From the IMG/VR virus record IMGVR_UViG_3300005512_000025, positions 1,863 to 65,862 of that record: DNA of 64,000 nucleotides. One strand, 5' to 3'. The DNA is from a virus (Duplodnaviria > Caudoviricetes). The position numbers and the translations under genes were made by a program. Positions 43,994-53,800 of the stretch are shown here, piece after piece. Under the pieces are notes generated by a model. That model had not been told where the DNA came from. It saw only the letters and a list, made by a program, of their open reading frames with translations, and did no database searches. Within the stretch, counting starts at the first letter, position 1. Each line of letters begins with the position of its first letter.

Positions 43994-44230
43994 CTAGCTC
44001 TCGCGATCCCATAGGTCAACATAGACAAAGGGACCAGGCTCGGGAAAGCCGTTTTCTTTGCATATCTTAACGAGAGAGCGATACATGCGCCATGCCGCCC
44101 ACTTGGTGCGCAGGTTCATGACGTAGATCTCTGCCTTTAGTGAGGCAGCTCGCAGGATGCGTGCAGTGAGTTCGCCATCGAGGGCAAACGCACAGGCCAG
44201 GAGGATCACGAGTAGATAAAAACCTTGCAT
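43994..44230 (-). CDS. Small membrane-anchored protein
   Basis: 78 aa, N-terminal hydrophobic segment. Confidence 0.55.
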   Translation of the reverse strand: MQGFYLLVILLACAFALDGELTARILRAASLKAEIYVMNLRTKWAAWRMYRSLVKICKENGFPEPGPFVYVDLWDRES

Positions 44231-44234
44231 AAAT

Positions 44235-44390
44235 TCAGCTCCAGTCAGGGTTGTGGAAGACGCGAACGAGTTCCGCGTCGGTTGGGATTAGCTCTTTGGC
44301 CGACATCGTGGCGCCAGTCAGGTCCTTGGCGTACATGTCGAGGTTGCGCTCTTGGTCTTGGTGGCGGTAGACGGCTCGATACAGATGCAT
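44235..44390 (-). CDS. Small hypothetical protein
   Basis: MHLYRAVYRHQDQERNLDMYAKDL...NPDWS, 51 aa. Confidence 0.55.
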   Translation of the reverse strand: MHLYRAVYRHQDQERNLDMYAKDLTGATMSAKELIPTDAELVRVFHNPDWS

Positions 44391-44426
44391 GTTGTGGATC
44401 TCCAGGTGGACTCAGTAAGCATAGCA

Positions 44427-45062
44427 TCAGGCGTTAGGCTGCCAGGCCTCTCTGATACTTTGTAACACTTCGGTGACCTCCTCCCTGTCGATCTTGGACC
44501 GATTGCCGCCAATGTGATCGTAGAAGCCGCGGCCGTTGCGGTATTCGATCGACGCCCATTCCTTTGCCAGCTCATCCAAGGCCCAGCCCAGCAGCTTATG
44601 GTCACCACGTAGGTAAGCGCCTACTGCTGGACGCTTGTAGACGATCAGGGCGGCCATCAACGTGTCCTGGACTTCGGGTGTAAACATATCCAGCTCATTG
44701 ACACTGGAATGATTGACAGCCCAGCGAAGGGTGGAGGGGATAATCTGGTATCGGCCGACAGCATGTACTTGCCAGCGCTGCATCTGGATCACCTCTTTGA
44801 CGGTAAAGTTCTCGAAGGTGCGGCCCTTGAGCCACTGAATACCGCCAGGCGTATCGCCAGCGCGTCCTCGGTTGAGCGAATTGTAATCACCCTCTCCCGT
44901 CGCTATGAGGTCCATGAGAGGCTTTAGGTGCCCTTCCAGGGAAACGTACTCAGGGTTGGGGCAGAAGGTCTTGGAGGCCCTTGCAGGGGGTGCAAGGAAA
45001 GCCCCTGGCCCACCCAGCAGTACAGCCAGAGCGAGACAGGGGCAGAGTTGAGAGAATTTCAT
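44427..45062 (-). CDS. Signal-peptide-bearing lysozyme / lytic transglycosylase (lambda R, GH104-like)
   Basis: LIATGEG.YNS, AVGRYQIIPSTL, FTPEVQD, LAKEWAS. Confidence 0.8.
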   Translation of the reverse strand: MKFSQLCPCLALAVLLGGPGAFLAPPARASKTFCPNPEYVSLEGHLKPLMDLIATGEGDYNSLNRGRAGDTPGGIQWLKGRTFENFTVKEVIQMQRWQVHAVGRYQIIPSTLRWAVNHSSVNELDMFTPEVQDTLMAALIVYKRPAVGAYLRGDHKLLGWALDELAKEWASIEYRNGRGFYDHIGGNRSKIDREEVTEVLQSIREAWQPNA

Positions 45063-45067
45063 CAGGT

Positions 45068-45262
45068 TCAGTGTTTACGGCACCAAGCGGCCAACTCGGT
45101 AAAGCCTCCAATCGCTTCACCGTCCACTTCGATGTATGGTACCGTCGGCCATAGATCGGATTTGCCTTCAGCCTCGATGTACTGGATGCCTTTGAGGTCC
45201 AGCAGCTTCTTGGCCTTAACGCACCAGGGACAATTGGGCAGGGTGTTGATGATTGCGGTCAT
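45068..45262 (-). CDS. Glutaredoxin
   Basis: CPWC, TVPYI, IGGFTEL. Confidence 0.92.
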   Translation of the reverse strand: MTAIINTLPNCPWCVKAKKLLDLKGIQYIEAEGKSDLWPTVPYIEVDGEAIGGFTELAAWCRKH

Positions 45263-45753
45263 AGTTTGATTTTGATGGCGAGGTGTTGAATTTCTTTAAG
45301 GGGGACCATGATGCAGGCTTCCTTGGTGCGGTCACGGCCTTCCCAGTTGGCTCTAGCGTACCAGTTGCCATTGGATCGACCAGCTCCCGTCTGCGGGCAC
45401 CTGGCGGGTGGTTCACCATGTTTGGCGACCACCAGTTCCTTAAGCTTGCCACAGGGAATGCGCCAGTAGGTGTCGTTGTCAATAAACTTAACAACGTAGT
45501 CGATCTTGTGTAGCCAGCCAGCAGAACCGTTAACAGCACGCCACTCGATGCAGAGCCCAGGTGGACCAGAGCGGGTGGGTGCCTTGACGTTGACGGTCAG
45601 GCCCTGGACGACAAAGTCGATCTTGCCCTTGATGTCAGCGTCAGCACCAACCTCAGTTGTGAAGTTGATACCCTTGCTGCGGAGGTGTGAGGCAAAACGC
45701 TTCTCACTGATCGTGCCACTGCGGAAGCTGCGTTCCCTGCGATCACTCATCAA
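45259..45753 (-). CDS. PD-(D/E)XK-like nuclease-fold protein
   Basis: SEKRF...DIKGKIDFVV...VNVK pattern. Confidence 0.45.
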   Translation of the reverse strand: MMSDRRERSFRSGTISEKRFASHLRSKGINFTTEVGADADIKGKIDFVVQGLTVNVKAPTRSGPPGLCIEWRAVNGSAGWLHKIDYVVKFIDNDTYWRIPCGKLKELVVAKHGEPPARCPQTGAGRSNGNWYARANWEGRDRTKEACIMVPLKEIQHLAIKIKL

Positions 45754-47021
45754 ATCACCACTTGGACGATTGTCTGAGGCGCACGCAGAGACTCATGAGC
45801 CTTATCAGCGGATCTTGCATTGTACTCGGCAAGCTTAGAAATAATTTCGTAGCCCTCCACTCCATCCACATTCTGAAGGTCAGCCTTAAACCCATCCAGT
45901 CCTTGAGGCGTGACGATGTGGATGTTTTGCGCTGCTTTCGACACGAAGCCCAGTGCCTCCTCAGAATAGGCGTTAGAACCCACGAGGCTGGCATTGCGAG
46001 AAACGTAGTCAGAGACAACCGTCGCATGGATGTGACCGCAAAGGATGTGAGTGATGTTGATGCCCTTGGCAGCAAACTTGCCGATAATGGCCTGGCATTT
46101 CTTCTGGTCGGTGGCGTTGACCTGATGGCCATGCACACCCAGGAAGGTCTCGTTATGGACCTGGAACACGACTTCGTTGGCATTGAAATCATTGAAGCGC
46201 ATACCTTTGTCGTCTGTCGCATCAAAGACGGCCTGAAGCATCGCGTAGATGGTGTAGTCGTAGCTGTCGGTAGCCACAACGTCAACCCAGCCCAGGTTGT
46301 CCTTTGCGCGAGATTCGTTGCCAGTTACACCGAAACAGTCGACAAAGAAGTCGGCCCGCAGATCCATGAGGAACTGCTTGTAAAGGTGTACCGCAAGGAC
46401 AGTGGCCCGTGCACGGTTGGTGCTCATGGCCAGCAGCTCATCGAGGCGACGGTCGCTGTTCATCAAGTCGCCGCCAAAGAAGACGACAACACGCTCAACA
46501 CCGTAGGCCTTGCCCAGAAGCTTGGCTTTCTGTGCCAGTAACTGCAGGCGCTTGGCTGCTACTTGGAAGTCGAAGCGGTTGGTCGGCAGATTGACCAGTT
46601 CGTTGAAGTGATTGTCGGACAGGTGGACAACCAAAGCAGCTGCAGAGGGATCCAGAGGACCACTGCGGCGGGGACAGTCAGCAAGAGAGGCGCCGTGCTG
46701 CTCCAGCTCCGCGAGAATAGCCTCGCTATAGGCCGTGACAGCGTTCTCAATGCGAGCATGTTCCCTAAAAGCCTTGTTGGCGATACGGTTACGGTCTAAG
46801 AGCCCTTGATTGGCCTTGGCCAACTTGACATTGGTCTCGACAGTCTCGTAGTCAAGTGTCGGGCCAGCCAGCTCAGTCTTGATGTAGCTGCGCAGGTGGT
46901 TGGGCTTGGCCAGGTGCGGGTATCGCTCGTGAAGCGCGTTTGCCACGCCAAGGTAGCTGCCGATCTCTTCGTAGAGCTCAGTCACTTCGTCGTGAAGGTG
47001 GCTGATAGGTGTCAGGCTCAT
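45750..47021 (-). CDS. Calcineurin-like metallophosphoesterase
   Basis: LSDNH, GGDLM, TGNE, VHGH, CGHIH motifs. Confidence 0.8.
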   Translation of the reverse strand: MSLTPISHLHDEVTELYEEIGSYLGVANALHERYPHLAKPNHLRSYIKTELAGPTLDYETVETNVKLAKANQGLLDRNRIANKAFREHARIENAVTAYSEAILAELEQHGASLADCPRRSGPLDPSAAALVVHLSDNHFNELVNLPTNRFDFQVAAKRLQLLAQKAKLLGKAYGVERVVVFFGGDLMNSDRRLDELLAMSTNRARATVLAVHLYKQFLMDLRADFFVDCFGVTGNESRAKDNLGWVDVVATDSYDYTIYAMLQAVFDATDDKGMRFNDFNANEVVFQVHNETFLGVHGHQVNATDQKKCQAIIGKFAAKGINITHILCGHIHATVVSDYVSRNASLVGSNAYSEEALGFVSKAAQNIHIVTPQGLDGFKADLQNVDGVEGYEIISKLAEYNARSADKAHESLRAPQTIVQVVI

Positions 47022-48598
47022 AGGGTTTTTTGGGGTACATCTTTTGACAGTATAACAGATATGTGACGCAGTACGCCATCGGTGTCGTCAATCTGCACGT
47101 TTGGCTGAACCACAGTCCGAAGCTGTGCCATGAAGTGGGGCTCAGAGGCTGCTACGACGGCCATTACGCTGTGAGGGGTAAGATCGGTTAGGCAGTACTG
47201 CTCAAGTTCATCCAGACGCTCGCAGAGCCACCTCAGGGGCGGATGAGTCACCTTCGTCAGCAGTGGACGGAGTTGGTCGCGATGGTGCGGCTTGTGGACG
47301 AAGATCCGCAGCATTCGACGCTCTGTCGTTACCCGTGTCTGTGCCTCTGTAGGTGGCGTCCACTCGCGCTTCTCGATTGCCACACTGCGGTCACCCCAGC
47401 CCTTGGCAGTTGCTGCGGCTTCCTTCTCAGTGCGAGACAGAACCCTGGACACCTTGTCGATGTAGTGAGTTCTGACGGCATTGCTGTGCAGGCCATCGAT
47501 GACCGCACGCAACTGGTTCTCTACGTCGGTGACATAGGCACTGTTATCCAGGTCCAGATCAGCGGCCCAGTAGTCGATCACCCAGTCCAGCCAGGGGTCG
47601 GCAGCTGCCAGCAAGCCATGGAACGCATCAGCGCCCTGCTCACGGCAGATCTCGTCGGGGTCCTTGCCCGCAGGCAGTTGGGCTACATTGACCTGGATCT
47701 CACCCTTCTGGGCCAGGGGTCCTGCTGCCGAGATGAACTGCTGGACGGCCTTCTTACCGCCCTCGTCACCGTCAAAACAGAGGACGAAGTTGTCGACGGT
47801 CTTGGCTAGACGCTGCAGTACAAACGGCTCAGGGGCTCCAGTACCCTGCATGGCGACCACGTTGGCAATCCCATGCTGCCAGAGCGACACGACGTCTAGA
47901 TGGCCTTCCACAAAGATTAAAGAGCCAGCCAGGCGTGCAGCTTCCTTGGCCCTGACCTCGTTGAATACAAGCGACTTTTTGTGGAACAGGTCACCGTCTG
48001 CCGAGTTCTTGTACTTACCAGGCATGTCTGGCTTGGTGGCACGGCCTGTCCACCCCACCAGCTCGTTGCGGTGATTGAGGATCGGGACTGTGATGCGGCC
48101 AGCGAACATGCCCTGTGGAGCGAATCCCAGACCAAACTCTTCTGCAGTTACCTTGTTGAGCCCACGGTCCTTAAGCACCTGGCGGATCCGACCAGCTTTC
48201 TCGTGGTGCAGGTTTGCGACATAGCCTTGCTGCTCCTTGGCCAGCTTGTCCAGCGCCGATTGGCGTTGCGCCCGCTTCTTCGCCTGCTGTTCAGGACTGA
48301 TGCCATCGGTCTCCAACTGGATGCCCAGAATCTCTGCTGCCAGGTTGGCTGCATCCACAAACTCCAGGCCTTTGCGGCGCCTGGTATAGGCAATGACGTC
48401 GCCCCCTTCTCTGCAGACATGGCAGAAGCAAAAGCCCTTGTCGTCGTTGATCGTCAGCGACGGGTTGGTGTCCTCATGCCAAATGCATTGCGTAACAAAC
48501 TCCCTGCCCACCCGCTTCAGCTTGCTGCCCAGGCTCTCGATGACCTTAGAGATCGAGCCAGACTTGAGCTTTTCGAGTGAAGCAGAGGTTATTGCCAT
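47018..48598 (-). CDS. dnaG: DNA primase (CHC2 zinc finger + Toprim)
   Basis: CIWHEDTNPS...CFCHVC, KYKNS, VEGHLDV, FDGDEGG, GKDPDE. Confidence 0.95.
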   Translation of the reverse strand: MAITSASLEKLKSGSISKVIESLGSKLKRVGREFVTQCIWHEDTNPSLTINDDKGFCFCHVCREGGDVIAYTRRRKGLEFVDAANLAAEILGIQLETDGISPEQQAKKRAQRQSALDKLAKEQQGYVANLHHEKAGRIRQVLKDRGLNKVTAEEFGLGFAPQGMFAGRITVPILNHRNELVGWTGRATKPDMPGKYKNSADGDLFHKKSLVFNEVRAKEAARLAGSLIFVEGHLDVVSLWQHGIANVVAMQGTGAPEPFVLQRLAKTVDNFVLCFDGDEGGKKAVQQFISAAGPLAQKGEIQVNVAQLPAGKDPDEICREQGADAFHGLLAAADPWLDWVIDYWAADLDLDNSAYVTDVENQLRAVIDGLHSNAVRTHYIDKVSRVLSRTEKEAAATAKGWGDRSVAIEKREWTPPTEAQTRVTTERRMLRIFVHKPHHRDQLRPLLTKVTHPPLRWLCERLDELEQYCLTDLTPHSVMAVVAASEPHFMAQLRTVVQPNVQIDDTDGVLRHISVILSKDVPQKTL

Positions 48599-48628
48599 AG
48601 GGAACGAGCAGTTCCCCTCAGCCTACCA

Positions 48629-49357
48629 TCAGAAGAGCGAACCCTGCAACCTTCCTTCGCTAATCTCCTTCCAGCCATCGATCAGGTCGATCTCCTCCTC
48701 AGACCAGTCGGTGGCATTGCAGCCAGCGGCGAGCAGAAACTCATTGATCTCCTCTTTGGGGATCACGCTGCCATTGCCGCTCAGATATACGTCTAGTGCT
48801 GAGATGGCACTCTCTCCGCCGATGCGTTCAATCGCGTCTGCTGCCAGGCCCATGTACATAGCACCAAAGTCGATCTCGCTGGGCTCCAGGGGGTCTGTCG
48901 GTTTGGCCTGTTCCTTTAGCTCCAGTGGTGGGCCAGAGCACACCTTGCGCACTTCGAGCCACTCTTCTTTGGTGATACCTAGCTCAGCGGCGACCTCGTG
49001 GTCGGTTGAGCCTCTGTACAGCAGCTTGCGACCTTTAACCCAGCGCTCGCGCATCTTGTGACTGAGCCTTACCGCGTATGTCTTGTCCCGCACCCAGTGC
49101 AGTAACTCCCCTCGGATCGTCGGTACTGCTAAAGAGCTGAATTTCATGCTCTTACCTGTAACAGGATGTGGCCGATCAGGATCATAGCGATGAGCGGCCT
49201 TGCACAGACCCTCAAAGGCAACGGATTCCAGGGTGTGGTAGTCAATGCCAGTGGTGCGCTGAATGCGCCATGCCTCGCGGCGGGCGAGGTTAAGGTTGTC
49301 CGTTGCGAGCTTCTGCTGCTCCTGGCTCATCTGAAACTTTGCAGGCTTCCGAGCCAT
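48629..49357 (-). CDS. RNA polymerase sigma factor, group 3 (SigF/SigB-like)
   Basis: LCKAAHRYDPDR...KFSSLAVPTIRGELLHWVRDK. Confidence 0.85.
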   Translation of the reverse strand: MARKPAKFQMSQEQQKLATDNLNLARREAWRIQRTTGIDYHTLESVAFEGLCKAAHRYDPDRPHPVTGKSMKFSSLAVPTIRGELLHWVRDKTYAVRLSHKMRERWVKGRKLLYRGSTDHEVAAELGITKEEWLEVRKVCSGPPLELKEQAKPTDPLEPSEIDFGAMYMGLAADAIERIGGESAISALDVYLSGNGSVIPKEEINEFLLAAGCNATDWSEEEIDLIDGWKEISEGRLQGSLF

Positions 49358-49382
49358 AACCTGTTAAAATACTACACACAGT

Positions 49383-50900
49383 CTACCAGGTGGAGTATCT
49401 TTCGACATTCGGCAAGATCCTGTCGCCGCGACCCCAGGTAACAGTTGTCATCTGAGGGGCAGAGCGTTGAGCGCAGTAGTTCAGAGCCATCGTCAAAGAG
49501 TCGACCATGTCATCGTTCTTGGAGGCGGGGAACAATGCGAATTCGTTCAGAAACGCATCCAGCCAAGGTGTACTGGCGGGCAGGTAGATATTGCCTGCTT
49601 CAACCATAGGCACAATACCTGCTGCTCTGGACTCTTTGGATTTCTCTGGCCTGACACCAATTAATCCTGGCACCTTCTTTTGCATCATCTGATAGACAGC
49701 AAAACCCGATGCCGCAAGTTCGATTACAGTGCCCGACAAGTTGTGGCGCTTGTAGAGCCTGGCGATCATTGCCATCGTGCCGACGACATCCAGCTTCTCC
49801 CTGACCATGTCTAGGACATAGAATTGCGACCCCGCTTGCCCCACAACAGTGCCCACCACGTAGTCACTCTTGTTGTTGGCGGTAAACGTAGCGTCAACAG
49901 ACAGGATGACACGCTGGAAGTCTGGCAGCGGCGTGTCCCAGTCGTAATACTGCCACCAACTGGGGTCGAACATGTTACCACCCTCGGGGGCTGGCCTCTG
50001 CTGGTAGAGAGAGGCGAAATCCCTGGAGCCAACTGCTTCTCTAATGCGCTCCAGGGCGTCTATGTCGTAACGCTGGGGGCATAGCGCCTCACCTACTTCT
50101 TCACGCCAATCAGATACAACAGGACAGTGCTCAGGAAGCTTCGGGCGGTCGTCCTGGTCTTCGTAAATAGCTGGCAGGTCGACGACTGTCCAGTTCTCGC
50201 GACCTTTTTCCGACACGTTGTGTTCGTTCTCCAGCAGTTGCCCGATCATGTCGTTTTCCGACCACCTGGTCTGAATCACCACGATGGCACCCACATGGGG
50301 CTCCAGACGGGTGTACAGGGTGGAGGTGTACCAGTCATTGAGCTTTTCCATCATGCGGCCCGACTCTGCGTCCTCGCGGTTCTTCACGGGGTCATCGATG
50401 ATCAACAGGTGGCCAGATCGACCAGTCACGGCACCGCCCACACCAGCAGCCCACAGACCACCGCCGCCCTCAGTGCCCCAGGCATTGACAGCTTTAGATG
50501 AATCGTTCAGGAGTCCGCCACCATCCTTGAAGTAGTCTCGAGCCTTGCGGGAGAATCCTTCGGCGAGTTCTGCCGAGTAGGACGAAATACCGACGTAGCG
50601 GTCAGGATGAGCCAGCAAGTAAGCAGCAGGGAGAAGCTGCGAAGCAAGAAGCGACTTTCCGTGTCGAGGTGGGACCTGGAGGATGAGGCGGTTGCACTTG
50701 CCATCGATGACGCGTTGAAGTTGTTCAATTACGGTTGCGTGAAATTTGTAGAACTTGTAAGAAGGCATTACCTTCTTGATGAACTTCCAGAGAATAACAC
50801 GTTCAGCATTCTTCTCGGATTTTTTCTTCTTGACGTCCTTGATCAGATCCTGACCAGACGCGGCGTACTCTAGAAAGTCGGCCCCAAGTTTAGTGCTCAT
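49383..50900 (-). CDS. terL: Terminase large subunit
   Basis: PPRHGKS Walker A, LIIDDPVK Walker B, C-terminal RNaseH (SVDATF, IELAASG, DDMVDS). Confidence 0.95.
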   Translation of the reverse strand: MSTKLGADFLEYAASGQDLIKDVKKKKSEKNAERVILWKFIKKVMPSYKFYKFHATVIEQLQRVIDGKCNRLILQVPPRHGKSLLASQLLPAAYLLAHPDRYVGISSYSAELAEGFSRKARDYFKDGGGLLNDSSKAVNAWGTEGGGGLWAAGVGGAVTGRSGHLLIIDDPVKNREDAESGRMMEKLNDWYTSTLYTRLEPHVGAIVVIQTRWSENDMIGQLLENEHNVSEKGRENWTVVDLPAIYEDQDDRPKLPEHCPVVSDWREEVGEALCPQRYDIDALERIREAVGSRDFASLYQQRPAPEGGNMFDPSWWQYYDWDTPLPDFQRVILSVDATFTANNKSDYVVGTVVGQAGSQFYVLDMVREKLDVVGTMAMIARLYKRHNLSGTVIELAASGFAVYQMMQKKVPGLIGVRPEKSKESRAAGIVPMVEAGNIYLPASTPWLDAFLNEFALFPASKNDDMVDSLTMALNYCAQRSAPQMTTVTWGRGDRILPNVERYSTW

Positions 50901-51520
50901 TCTTCAACGGGGATGTCGTAGGCTTCGTCCTCGTTCTCATCCATGATCTCGACCTGAACTTCTTCCAGTTCCTGGTCAACCACAGTCATCAACTGGCCGA
51001 CACCCAGCGCCGTAGCCCAGGACTGGCGACCAGAGTCGGAGATGTTTGCGGCAGCACGCATCAGACCGCTGATCAGGCCCATGGGGATGTCTTCGCCCTC
51101 TGCCTCTGCCTTAATGATCCGCTTTTGGATGATTGCCATCAGGTCCGCAGATGTTTCCATCATCATCTTGGCCTGTTCTTCGTTGGCCTTGCGGTACTCC
51201 TCAATAGAATCCCGCTGACGCTTGCGCTCGATCTTGTTAGCTTCCTTGACGGCCAGGGCCATCTCCTTCGTGTCCCAGGAGGCAGCACGACGCTCCCATT
51301 GATACTTCTTGGCCCACTTGGCAATCGTAGAAGAGGTTACGCCGCTTTCAGCTGCCACGTCTTCAAAGTTGCGCTTGCCGTGCAGGTAGACCTGGAAGGC
51401 GTTGAACTGATCGTTGCTTTCGTGTTGACCAGCAGCGTAGACGTGGTAGCCACGCCGAAACTCCCAGATCTTGCGATCATACTTAACCTCTGGCTTCCAT
51501 TCCTTGAACTCCCCTGCCAC
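50897..51520 (-). CDS. Terminase small subunit-like HTH protein
   Basis: FNAFQVYL...TIAKWAKKYQWERRAASWD; ATGA-coupled to terL. Confidence 0.65.
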   Translation of the reverse strand: MAGEFKEWKPEVKYDRKIWEFRRGYHVYAAGQHESNDQFNAFQVYLHGKRNFEDVAAESGVTSSTIAKWAKKYQWERRAASWDTKEMALAVKEANKIERKRQRDSIEEYRKANEEQAKMMMETSADLMAIIQKRIIKAEAEGEDIPMGLISGLMRAAANISDSGRQSWATALGVGQLMTVVDQELEEVQVEIMDENEDEAYDIPVEE

Positions 51521-51560
51521 GACTGAAATCTCTTCAGAACTGGGCTAGTATTCCGAGGCA

Positions 51561-51584
51561 TGAAAAAAGGGCCCATAAGGACCC
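51561..51584 (-). terminator. Probable terminator
   Basis: GGGTCC/GGGCCC stem followed by T6. Confidence 0.6.
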
Positions 51585-51611
51585 TCGTCGATGCAACGCT
51601 GATTCAGTTTA

Positions 51612-52259
51612 TCAGGTGAAGGCTGCTTCGTAGACGTCAGGGAGCTGCTCTTCGAAGATACTTTTAACAGCCTCGGCAATCAGACGATGTTCGAGCTGGG
51701 TTTCGATGCCTGCGCGGATCTGAATGTAGTGGATCCAGCTGCGGATCGAACCGCTCATGTAGAGCCTCGTGGGCGTACCCAGGGGCAGGATGCTACGGGC
51801 ACACTCTTTAGCCACGCCCTGACTGAGCAGGTACTCGTAGTAGTCGAAGGTGCTGTGGTAGATCTGCTGGATCTGCTTGTTCATCAGGTCAACCATCTCA
51901 GGATCAAGGTTGTCATGTGACGCCTGCTTGTTCTTGAGGTCCTGGCTGCGCAGGTGAGGTAGTCCAACGGTACCAAGCTGGTCGACAGAGCTGTAGCGCT
52001 GTGAGAACTCCTGGAAGGAGAAGCTGCGGTGGCGCAGGATCTGGGCGGCGATAGCCCGAGTGGTCTCGATCTCAACCTGCATGGAGGCCATCTCGAACGG
52101 GCTCCAGTGCTTGTGCTTGATCAGGTACTTGATCAGGCGTGGGGCAGTCTCCAGATTGTTCTGGTTACTGGGGTTGGACACCCTGGCCATGTAGACAATC
52201 TGCTTCTCAGCGTCGGGCGTGATGCTGACGAGACGGGCTGTGTGGACTTCGCGGTTCAT
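51612..52259 (-). CDS. thyX: Flavin-dependent thymidylate synthase
   Basis: HWSPFE, RHRSFSFQEFSQRY, ARSILP, TQLEH. Confidence 0.97.
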   Translation of the reverse strand: MNREVHTARLVSITPDAEKQIVYMARVSNPSNQNNLETAPRLIKYLIKHKHWSPFEMASMQVEIETTRAIAAQILRHRSFSFQEFSQRYSSVDQLGTVGLPHLRSQDLKNKQASHDNLDPEMVDLMNKQIQQIYHSTFDYYEYLLSQGVAKECARSILPLGTPTRLYMSGSIRSWIHYIQIRAGIETQLEHRLIAEAVKSIFEEQLPDVYEAAFT

Positions 52260-52477
52260 GGGTTCCTCCGTGTGTTGCGTGGGGTTTCTTTGATCTTATC
52301 AGAGGCTTCAAGCACAGCCTCGAGGGCTCCTTGCAGGGTGCGATCACACCCCATCAAGTCCCTCTTCTCCAGCTCGACGACCCAGTTCCACCAGTAGCCG
52401 TCGTAGTCAACCTTGATCGTGGGTTCAGAAGACATCGGAAAGATCCTCCTCAACGGTGGGCTCTTCCATGCTAACAC
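52256..52477 (-). CDS. Small hypothetical protein
   Basis: Likely start MSSEPT. Confidence 0.45.
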   Translation of the reverse strand: MLAWKSPPLRRIFPMSSEPTIKVDYDGYWWNWVVELEKRDLMGCDRTLQGALEAVLEASDKIKETPRNTRRNP

Positions 52478-53279
52478 GGTTGTACCAACCTGGGTAGTCC
52501 AGTTGACGGATTACTGGTTCGCGGTTAGGCCATTCGCCTGAAGCTTCGCACTGGGCATAGGTCTTGAGGGCCTTCTCGCACTTGTAGAGCCCCTCTGACA
52601 TCATGTCTGGTGTCACCTCGAAGATGTCCACCGTGTATGGCGCCTTGCGCTCTACTGCTACGAACAGGAACTTGAAGGGCTTGCCGAAAGCGGCTTCAGC
52701 AGCTTTGGCGTAATAGGCGGCTTGGAAGTCGTATCCCAGGCCGACCACCTTCTTGGTGAACAGCTCGGGCTCCACAGTATCAGTCGTTTTCAGGTCAAGG
52801 ACAATACCCTCTTCCACGAGGACGCTGTCCAGACGAGCCTTGCAACGCACCCCAAGCCAGTCCCAGTAGACCGACACCTCGTTGCGTTTGATGTACTCGT
52901 CACCTGTCCCTGCATACCACTCAAGTCGCCTCAGAGACTCTGCCATGCCCTGCACGGCGTTCCAGGGATCGTCCTTACCTCCAGTGCCCAGGACTTTCTT
53001 GCGGCCAACACCAGCCTTCCACTCCTTGCCTTCCTTGGTCGTCAGCTTGATGTTGTCGGGCTTTTTGATGTACTGAGCATCAAATGCCTTCTCGCCGTCC
53101 AGCACAAGACAGTGAGCCGCTGTACCCATTTCCATCGCAGGCGTCGGGATCAGGCGGTGCTTCAACGCTGCCTGGTAGTGGGCTGGGCTCTCCAGGATCT
53201 TCTTCAGGCTCGACTGATTGACTCCAGCCTCTTTTCTGTAGGCAAAGTCGCTCTGGTTGTAGGCAATTTCAGCGTTCAC
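52425..53279 (-). CDS. RecE/exonuclease VIII-like PD-(D/E)XK nuclease (DUF3799)
   Basis: VNQSSLK, MGTAAHCLVL, CKARLD, DLKTT, YDFQAAYY. Confidence 0.88.
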   Translation of the reverse strand: MNAEIAYNQSDFAYRKEAGVNQSSLKKILESPAHYQAALKHRLIPTPAMEMGTAAHCLVLDGEKAFDAQYIKKPDNIKLTTKEGKEWKAGVGRKKVLGTGGKDDPWNAVQGMAESLRRLEWYAGTGDEYIKRNEVSVYWDWLGVRCKARLDSVLVEEGIVLDLKTTDTVEPELFTKKVVGLGYDFQAAYYAKAAEAAFGKPFKFLFVAVERKAPYTVDIFEVTPDMMSEGLYKCEKALKTYAQCEASGEWPNREPVIRQLDYPGWYNRVSMEEPTVEEDLSDVF

Positions 53280-53307
53280 GGGTAGCTAAGCATCTCAGCT
53301 CAGTCTA

Positions 53308-53715
53308 TCAGAAAGGCAGTTCTTCCTGCTCTTCTCCGATCTCAATAATCCTGACGTACCAGGCGCTTTGATCTTTCTTGGTCTTAATCCATTTGACCGA
53401 CAGTTCAGGGATAATACTGATCCTGTCGTCTTCCCATAAGACTTTGTTAACTGTGTCGAAGAAGGCGCCAACGACGTTGTCGATGTCTGCTCTTCCTTCG
53501 CCATACAGCTCCATTTCAACACGAAGGGGCCCCTTTAGAGGAGGCCCATCGTACTGTTCTTTGACCTTGGCTAGTAGTTCGCGTTGATTGTCCTTATAAG
53601 CCTTCGGCATGAAGGTTCCCCGTGAGGTGACACGAGGCCTGGCTTTGGAGAATAACGGATGGAAGATTTCAAGCGTGATCATACCTGATCTCCAGCGTAA
53701 CCATCGACGGCGCAT
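53308..53715 (-). CDS. rusA: RusA-like Holliday junction resolvase
   Basis: SKARPRV, ADIDNVVGAFFD, EDD. Confidence 0.82.
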   Translation of the reverse strand: MRRRWLRWRSGMITLEIFHPLFSKARPRVTSRGTFMPKAYKDNQRELLAKVKEQYDGPPLKGPLRVEMELYGEGRADIDNVVGAFFDTVNKVLWEDDRISIIPELSVKWIKTKKDQSAWYVRIIEIGEEQEELPF

Positions 53716-53800
53716 CCAACTGCTGCCAGGATACCAATCACCCCCACTGAGAACCCAAGGAACTTAAGCAGGGGCATAATGGCGGCCAAAGAGAAGCAGA

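Noticed and set aside
40993-50900. Inteins or introns in nrdJ, primase or terminase
   Set aside because: Lengths and motif spacing are normal; no intein splice motifs or frame breaks seen.
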